Source: Bacteroidales bacterium (GTDB lineage Bacteria > Bacteroidota > Bacteroidia > Bacteroidales > JAYRGN01). Taken from it: a DNA stretch of 64,000 nt. Positions within the stretch are counted from its first letter, which is position 1; each line of letters opens with the position of its first letter. The stretch spans positions 36,814 to 100,813 of the forward strand of contig JAYRGN010000004.1 of the NCBI GenBank assembly GCA_041907825.1, read 5' to 3'. The notes beneath the pieces are model-generated. The model was not told where the DNA came from. It ran no database searches and saw only the letters and a list, made by a program, of their open reading frames with translations. The translations under genes were made by a program, and so were the position numbers. Of this stretch, positions 57,506 through 64,000 are shown piece by piece.

Positions 57506-58243
57506 TTAAAACGTGAAACCGAATACCAGATAAACATCTTCCTGTTGTGGATTAACGCCAAAGGTGGCCTTAACAGGCAACGTAAAACTATCGGTGATTT
57601 TTAGATCCTTAGAGGCAGATACACCAACATTTACTATTCCAAAACCAGTTGCTTTTCCATAACTATCTCCGTAATATCCATCAGAAGGTGTCATGCCTAC
57701 AAAAGCTGTAAATTTTGGAAACGTATAAGCAAACTCTAAATAGGTTGAATAGGCCTGCTTTGAAGGATCCTGAGCACCAATACTTTTATCAAATTTTTTG
57801 TCGGCACCAAAAAACATGGTATTCAGACTTATGCTAAGAGGTAAATCTGTCGTTCCTGCCCAAGAAACACTTCCTTCTAATATGTGATCCGTTTCTTTAT
57901 TCTTATAATCGAAATAACGATTCTTAAAATTCCAGTTGTAATCGGTTAATCCCAGTTTAAAACTGCCAATGGTATAAGTGGCATAAATATCTGCTTCTTT
58001 GTAATTACCCGAAAAATCAGAAGAACCCCACACTCCAAGCTCAAATCCACCATTTACCAATGCAAGAGTTGGCTGAAAATTAGGCGTATTGGTAGATTTC
58101 ACACCACGCCACACGTAACTACTAACCAAGTCGGCTGTTACTTTAACTGTTGGGCCACCCGATGTCTGGGCTGACATTTTTGGCATAAATCCGAATACTG
58201 CGACCATCGTCAGTAATCCGGCAGCTACAAACGCATTTTTCAT
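57506..58243 (-). CDS. Putative outer-membrane porin (TorF/Gcw_chp-like) leading the glnK-amtB operon
   Basis: 245 aa with a signal peptide (KMSAQT). VTADLVSSYVWRGV is typical of this beta-barrel family. It has a terminal aromatic residue (FGFTF). Confidence 0.6.
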   Translation of the reverse strand: MKNAFVAAGLLTMVAVFGFMPKMSAQTSGGPTVKVTADLVSSYVWRGVKSTNTPNFQPTLALVNGGFELGVWGSSDFSGNYKEADIYATYTIGSFKLGLTDYNWNFKNRYFDYKNKETDHILEGSVSWAGTTDLPLSISLNTMFFGADKKFDKSIGAQDPSKQAYSTYLEFAYTFPKFTAFVGMTPSDGYYGDSYGKATGFGIVNVGVSASKDLKITDSFTLPVKATFGVNPQQEDVYLVFGFTF

Positions 58244-58598
58244 AAAAATGATTTTAATTTAACATACACCCGTTTTAAACAGGGACTAATCTTGTAATTT
58301 TTAATTTTTAAACGAAGACACCCTTTTTTTAAACATCAACATGACAAAAATATTACTATTTTTTATAGAAAAAAATTTTTCACAAACATTTTTCATCAAA
58401 AAAATAACAATATGATACTAATTGGTGCATTTTTAATACAATTCATAACAATAGACATGATTTATTTGATTTTTTAAAACACAAATGAAAATTTAAACCA
58501 CATATTAAAATTGATGGCATTTAATTTTCTATAAAACCTAAAGAGCAGGAAGAATTTCTAAAAAACAGGAAGAGAGAATATATAACAAATGAAAAAAG

Positions 58599-58627
58599 AA
58601 AAAGGCTCGGAAATTCCGAGCCTTTTT
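58599..58627 (-). terminator. gltD terminator hairpin
   Basis: aaaaaggctcgga (58599-58611) pairs with tccgagccttttt (58615-58627). Confidence 0.7.
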
Positions 58628-58665
58628 CTTAACTATTAAAGGAATATTATATGAACATTTTCTTT

Positions 58666-60144
58666 TTATGCTTTCTGCGCAATATTTGCAAGTGAAAGAT
58701 TAATAGATTCCAGTAAAGAAAATCCGGAGAGATATTCATCAACCGCTTTAGCAGCTTCCCTACCATCTGCAATACAACGAACAACCAACGATTGTCCTGT
58801 CCGCATATCCCCTGCCGAAAATACTTTCTTGACGCTAGTTTGATACGTTTTTGCTTTAACATTTCCACGTTCATCAAGTTCAACGCCAAGCTGTTCAATC
58901 AAGCCTTGTTTCTGGGGATGCAGAAAGCCCATAGCAAGAAATACATATTCGCATGGAATTTCTCGTTCTGACCCTGCAACTTCATGGAATGAAGGACGTT
59001 TACCTGGTGCCGGAGCATCCCATTCAACATCAACAACTTTTATTGCTTTCAAATTTCCTTTACCGTCTCCGATAAATTCTTTGGTATTGATTGACCAAAA
59101 ACGATTACAACCTTCATCATGCGAAGATGATGTTTTAAGCGTCAATGGCCATTGAGGCCAAGGATTAGATTCCTCTCTTTCAACCGGAGGTTTTGGCATT
59201 AATTCAATTTGAGTTACTGAATTTGCTTTCAAACGATTAGAAGTTCCGACACAATCGGAACCGGTATCGCCACCACCAATTACCACAACATTTTTACCAA
59301 CCGGATTAATTTCTTCTCCCGCTTCAATTTTATAGCCAGCTACTCGCTTATTACTTTGCTTAAGATATTCCATTGCAAAATAAACACCTTTAAGTTCACG
59401 TCCGGGTACCGGAAGATCGCGAGGTATTGTGCTTCCACCTGTTAAAACAACAGCATCAAAATCTTTAAGAAGTTGATCTCCTTTAATGTCAACCCCAACA
59501 TTTGTACTGGTTTTGAATACAATACCTTCTTCTTCCATTACAGCAATACGACGATCGATCACCCATTTTTCGAGTTTAAAATCAGGTATACCATAACGAA
59601 GTAAACCGCCAGCCTTGTCATCGCGTTCAAAAACAGTAACGGAATGTCCGGCCTTATTCAACTGCGATGCTGCAGCCAAACCTGAAGGTCCTGAACCAAT
59701 TACGGCTACTTTTTTGCCTGTACGCTGAAGTGGCATATTGGGTTTTACAATGCCCAGTTCAAATGCCATTTCAATAATATTACGCTCATTGAAATGAATA
59801 GTAATAGGCTCTCCTTCAAGATTAACCACGCATGACTGTTCGCAAGGTGCTGGGCAAATACGACCGGTAAATTCAGGAAAATTATTGGTTGAATCTAATA
59901 CCTGATAAGCTTGTTTCCAGTTTTTACGATAAATAGCATCGTTAAAATCAGGAATAAAATTTCCAAGGGGACATCCGTGATGGCAGAACGGCACTCCGCA
60001 ATCCATACACCGGGCGGCCTGTTCATTTTTTTTGCGGTCCGACATCTCGATGTAGATTTCTTTCCAATCGTTGATGCGCTCCTTGGGATCGCGTTGTGCA
60101 GGGGTTTCCCGCTTATATTCCAAAAAACCTGTTGGCTTTCCCAT
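58666..60144 (-). CDS. gltD: Glutamate synthase small (beta) subunit, NAD(P)H-dependent
   Basis: 492 aa containing MGKPTGFLEYKRE, CMDCGVPFCH, RICPAPCE and VAVIGSGPSGLAAA. Confidence 0.93.
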   Translation of the reverse strand: MGKPTGFLEYKRETPAQRDPKERINDWKEIYIEMSDRKKNEQAARCMDCGVPFCHHGCPLGNFIPDFNDAIYRKNWKQAYQVLDSTNNFPEFTGRICPAPCEQSCVVNLEGEPITIHFNERNIIEMAFELGIVKPNMPLQRTGKKVAVIGSGPSGLAAASQLNKAGHSVTVFERDDKAGGLLRYGIPDFKLEKWVIDRRIAVMEEEGIVFKTSTNVGVDIKGDQLLKDFDAVVLTGGSTIPRDLPVPGRELKGVYFAMEYLKQSNKRVAGYKIEAGEEINPVGKNVVVIGGGDTGSDCVGTSNRLKANSVTQIELMPKPPVEREESNPWPQWPLTLKTSSSHDEGCNRFWSINTKEFIGDGKGNLKAIKVVDVEWDAPAPGKRPSFHEVAGSEREIPCEYVFLAMGFLHPQKQGLIEQLGVELDERGNVKAKTYQTSVKKVFSAGDMRTGQSLVVRCIADGREAAKAVDEYLSGFSLLESINLSLANIAQKA

Positions 60145-60221
60145 TTTATTATGTATAAATAATTCTAATTAATTTGTTTTTTACAGGTAACACCATAGTG
60201 GTGCTACCTGATATAAAAGTA

Positions 60222-63200
60222 TTATTCCTTAATCTTAGCAAGAGCGGCTTTATATTCTCGAGGCATAACCTTTACAAAAGAATATAATGAATTTGTCCAA
60301 TCGTTAAGGATACGTTCTGCAACTTCACTCTTTGTGAAATTGTAGTGATTGGTAATCAGCTTCTTCATCTCTACGATATCCTGAAGATCAAGTTCTTCAA
60401 AATCAACAAGCTCTTTATTGCAAAGTTTTCCGAATACTTTATTCTGATCGTAAACATAGGCAACACCTCCACTCATTCCTGCTGCAAAATTGCGTCCTGT
60501 AGGTCCAAGTATTACCGCAATACCACCGGTCATATATTCGCAACCATGATCGCCAATACCTTCTACAACAGCTTTTGCACCTGAGTTACGTACGCAAAAA
60601 CGTTCACCGGCCATACCTCTGATATAAGCTTCACCCGAAGTTGCTCCGTAAAATGCAACGTTACCAATAATGATATTCTCATTCGCAACAATTTTAGCGT
60701 TACGATCAGGATAAACAATCAATTGAGCTCCAGATAAACCTTTGCCAAAATAGTCATTAGCCTCACCTTCAAGCTCTAAGCACAATCCCTTAGCGGAAAA
60801 TCCTCCAAAACTTTGACCGGCTGAGCCTCGAAAATGAAAATGAATTGTGTTTTCTGGTAAACCTTCGTCTTTGTATTTTTTCGAAATCTGATTCGAAAGC
60901 ATTGCGCCAACAGTACGATCTACATTACAAATTGGGAACGATGCTTTTACCTGTTTTTTATCTTCAAGTGCCGGCTTAGCTGCCTCAATTAACTTGCGAT
61001 CGAGTACCGTTTCGATACCATGCTGCTGTTCAATTTGTTTGTATAAACCAATTGACGCATCGGCTGGTTGTTTATATAAAATAGGACTAAGGTCGAGCGT
61101 TTTAACCTTCCAGTTACTGGTATTTTCGCGCACTTTAAGGCAATCTACCTGACCAACCATTTCATTGATGGTTCTGAAACCAAGCTGAGCCATATATTCA
61201 CGAAGTTCCTGAGCAAGGAACGTAAAGAAATTAACCAGATATTCTGGTTTTCCAGAAAAACGTTGGCGAAGCTCTTTGCGTTGTGTAGCAACACCTACAG
61301 GACAGGTATTTTGATGACATTTACGCATCATAATACAACCTTCAACAACAAGTGCTGCAGTAGCAATACCCCATTCTTCGGCTCCAAGCAAAGTTGCAAT
61401 AGCGAGATCGCGACCTGTACGTAACTGACCATCAGTCTGTACAATTATTCGGCTACGAAGATTATTTTTTACCAATGTTTGGTGAGATTCAGCCAAACCA
61501 AGTTCCCATGGAATACCTGCATGATGAACCGATGAAATTGGCGAAGCACCTGTACCCCCGTCATGGCCGGCAATCAGCACAACATCGGCATGCGTTTTTG
61601 CAACACCTGCTGCAACAGTTCCTACACCTACTGCGGATACTAACTTAACACTGATGCGAGCCTCTGGATTAGCATTTTTTAAATCAAAAATAAGCTGAGC
61701 TAAATCTTCGATTGAATAAATATCATGGTGAGGAGGAGGCGAGATAAGCGCTACACCAGGAGTTGAATGGCGAACTCGTCCAATCCATTCATCAACCTTT
61801 GGTCCTGGTAGCTGACCACCTTCACCCGGTTTTGCACCCTGAGCCATTTTAATCTGAAGCTCGTCGGCATTAGCTAAATAATAACTGGTAACACCAAAAC
61901 GACCTGATGCAACCTGCTTAATAGCAGAACGTTCCCAGTCTCCATTTGGTTTACGCTCGAAACGAATAGGATCTTCTCCACCTTCGCCACTGTTACTTTT
62001 ACCACCAATACGATTCATGGCAATAGCCATGGTTGTATGAGCTTCGTGGGAAATAGATCCGAACGACATTGCACCGGTCGCAAAACGTTTGAAGATTGAT
62101 TCGATTGGTTCGACTTCTTCAATTGGAACAGATTTGCGTTTTGAAAAATCAAATTCGAGCAAACCACGTAATGTTATCGGGTGTTTTGACTGATCGTTAA
62201 TCTTTTCTGCATATTCTTTATAAGTAGCAAAATCATTACGACGTGTAGCCTGCTGGAGAAGTGTAATAGTTTCCGGATTGAACAAATGTTCTTCACCACG
62301 ACGTTTCCATTGATACATTCCTCCTGTTTCTAACGGACGTTTTTCATTCGTCAGTTCATTGTATGCAAGCTTGTGACGTACCGTGATTTCAAGTGCAATA
62401 CCATCAAAATCAAGACCACCTATACGAGAAACTGTTCCTTTGAAACACTTATCTATTACCTTTTTGCCAATACCTAATGCTTCAAAAATCTGAGCTCCAT
62501 GATACGATTGGAGTGTCGAAATACCCATTTTTGAGAAAATCTTCAACAATCCACCGCCAACAGCTTTTATGTAATGTTTCTTTGCTTCTTCATCCGACAT
62601 CCCTTCTGGCAGAAGTTTCATGTCTCGCAAAGTAGAAATCGATTCAAATACCATATACGGGTTAACAGCGTTACCACCGTAACCAATAATAGTTGCATAA
62701 TGATGTGTTTCACGAACATCTCCGGCTTCAACCACAATTCCTACCCGTACACGTAAACCGTTTTTAATGAGGTGATGGTGAATAGCTCCGGTTGCCAGTA
62801 ACGAAGGAATTGGAGCATAGTCTTTACTGATAGCTCTATCGGAAATAAGAATAACGTTTACGCCTTCGTCTATAATTGCAGAATCGGCTTCTTCGCACAT
62901 CTTATCAATAGCTTCTTCCAGACGACCAGCAGCACCATCAGCTTTAAAGACAGCATTAAGAGTCTTACAACGAAAATCCGAGTGATTAATATTGCGGATT
63001 TTTTCAAGTTCTTCGTTGGTAAGTACCGGCTGTTTCATGGTAATGTTACGTGCATGAACAGGAGTTTGCGAAAGAATATTGAAGGTACGACCAACACTCG
63101 AATTCAACGACATAACCAAACGTTCACGAATTGGATCGATTGGAGGATTACTTACTTGAGCAAATAACTGTTTGAAGTAATTCGAAAGATGTTGACTTTG

Positions 63201-64000
63201 TTCCGAAAGGCAAGCCAATGGCACATCGGCTCCCATTGAACCAACAGGCTCTTTCCCTTCGGTGATCATAGGTCCGAGGATTGATTTAAAATCTTCGAAC
63301 GTAAAACCATACGCTTGTTGACGCAAATAAAGCGTTTTAGGATCTTCGCTATAAGTCAGACGATCAGGTTTTGGCAACGAGCTAACCGGACATTCGTTTA
63401 CTTCAACCCAAGTGCGATATGGTTTCTGAGTACAAATTGTACGTTTAAGTTCTTCGTCCGAAATGATACGTCCCTGTTCCAAGTCAGCAATAAACATACG
63501 ACCGGGTTGCAAACGACCTTTCGTTACAATTTTCGACTGATCGACCGTTAAAGCTCCTGCTTCAGAAGACATTATAATCAAACCATCGTCCGTAACACAA
63601 TAACGCGAAGGACGAAGTCCGTTACGATCGAGTGTTGCACCAATTACCCGACCATCGGTAAAACATACAGAAGCAGGGCCGTCCCATGGCTCCATAATTC
63701 CTGCATGATATTCATAAAAAGCTTTTTTATAATCAGGCATTTGTGAATTTTCCTGATGTGCTTCAGGAATCAGCATCATGAGCACATGCGGAAGCGAGCG
63801 TCCGGCATGTACCAGCATTTCGATCATATTATCGAGGTTTGCCGAATCAGAAAACGATTCATCGCAAACAGGAGTAAGCATTCTGATTTCTTCGCGCGTA
63901 AAAAGCGAAGATTCGAAAATTGTTTCGTGAGATTTTGTCCAGTTTACATTCCCCCGAATTGTATTAATCTCGCCGTTATGAGCAATAAAACGGAATGGCT
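60222..64000 (-). CDS. gltB: Glutamate synthase large (alpha) subunit; 5' end (N-terminal amidotransferase domain) lies beyond the window
   Basis: The reading frame stays open upstream of the listed Met at 63881. My translation of 64000-63882 gives ..FRFIAHNGEINTIRGNVNWTKSHETIFESSLFTREEIR, which contains the HNGEINT hallmark. The FMN domain (ISPPPHHDIYSIEDLAQLI) and the GXGXG C-terminal beta-helix are also present. Confidence 0.95.
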   Translation of the reverse strand, partial: PFRFIAHNGEINTIRGNVNWTKSHETIFESSLFTREEIRMLTPVCDESFSDSANLDNMIEMLVHAGRSLPHVLMMLIPEAHQENSQMPDYKKAFYEYHAGIMEPWDGPASVCFTDGRVIGATLDRNGLRPSRYCVTDDGLIIMSSEAGALTVDQSKIVTKGRLQPGRMFIADLEQGRIISDEELKRTICTQKPYRTWVEVNECPVSSLPKPDRLTYSEDPKTLYLRQQAYGFTFEDFKSILGPMITEGKEPVGSMGADVPLACLSEQSQHLSNYFKQLFAQVSNPPIDPIRERLVMSLNSSVGRTFNILSQTPVHARNITMKQPVLTNEELEKIRNINHSDFRCKTLNAVFKADGAAGRLEEAIDKMCEEADSAIIDEGVNVILISDRAISKDYAPIPSLLATGAIHHHLIKNGLRVRVGIVVEAGDVRETHHYATIIGYGGNAVNPYMVFESISTLRDMKLLPEGMSDEEAKKHYIKAVGGGLLKIFSKMGISTLQSYHGAQIFEALGIGKKVIDKCFKGTVSRIGGLDFDGIALEITVRHKLAYNELTNEKRPLETGGMYQWKRRGEEHLFNPETITLLQQATRRNDFATYKEYAEKINDQSKHPITLRGLLEFDFSKRKSVPIEEVEPIESIFKRFATGAMSFGSISHEAHTTMAIAMNRIGGKSNSGEGGEDPIRFERKPNGDWERSAIKQVASGRFGVTSYYLANADELQIKMAQGAKPGEGGQLPGPKVDEWIGRVRHSTPGVALISPPPHHDIYSIEDLAQLIFDLKNANPEARISVKLVSAVGVGTVAAGVAKTHADVVLIAGHDGGTGASPISSVHHAGIPWELGLAESHQTLVKNNLRSRIIVQTDGQLRTGRDLAIATLLGAEEWGIATAALVVEGCIMMRKCHQNTCPVGVATQRKELRQRFSGKPEYLVNFFTFLAQELREYMAQLGFRTINEMVGQVDCLKVRENTSNWKVKTLDLSPILYKQPADASIGLYKQIEQQHGIETVLDRKLIEAAKPALEDKKQVKASFPICNVDRTVGAMLSNQISKKYKDEGLPENTIHFHFRGSAGQSFGGFSAKGLCLELEGEANDYFGKGLSGAQLIVYPDRNAKIVANENIIIGNVAFYGATSGEAYIRGMAGERFCVRNSGAKAVVEGIGDHGCEYMTGGIAVILGPTGRNFAAGMSGGVAYVYDQNKVFGKLCNKELVDFEELDLQDIVEMKKLITNHYNFTKSEVAERILNDWTNSLYSFVKVMPREYKAALAKIKE

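Overview
The window reads as a chromosomal segment from a Bacteroidota genome. Supporting evidence: a gldE-gldD gliding-motility pair downstream of mutY-ssb, TAnnTTTG-type -7 promoter boxes, lipoprotein-rich content, an HU gene, and no obvious Shine-Dalgarno sequences. I can support about 55 protein-coding genes and 3 tRNAs (Phe-GAA, Leu-UAA, Gly-GCC). I see no rRNA, cas genes, CRISPR array, transposase, integrase or phage genes. Most of the content is housekeeping: secDF, glmM, ispE-ispF, purL, nnr, a POT peptide transporter, tkt, hldD, mqnD, lnt, rng, HU, mutY, ssb, def, mutS, and a nitrogen-assimilation block (gltB-gltD, then porin-glnK-amtB). There is no obvious defence or mobile island, so nothing here is a clear-cut new system. 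The items worth a second look are: (1) a degenerate, non-coding 41-bp tandem array (about 6 units, each starting GTTTGCCGGG) between purL and an SRPBCC gene; (2) a TetR gene whose -7 box overlaps an 18-bp palindrome, co-oriented with a 1428-aa tandem HgdC-type activase fused to a dehydratase-like region of unknown substrate; (3) a roughly 360-bp tract of about 17-18 % GC next to tRNA-Phe that carries two near-identical 20-bp palindromic boxes upstream of a lipoprotein metallophosphoesterase plus beta-barrel-like pair, the whole module bracketed by tRNA genes; (4) a 29-aa hyper-basic ORF (bS22-like) missing from the ORF track; (5) an overlapping PPTase and archaeal-type GGGP-synthase-like pair; (6) a LemA-TPM-TPM-CapA operon; (7) a two-lobed retropepsin-like lipoprotein. 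Several ORF-track starts look too long and were trimmed (mutY, ssb, the M16 peptidase, the O-methyltransferase, ispF, amtB, the ECF sigma factor, the metallophosphoesterase). All family assignments come from motif recognition by eye. No database search was run.
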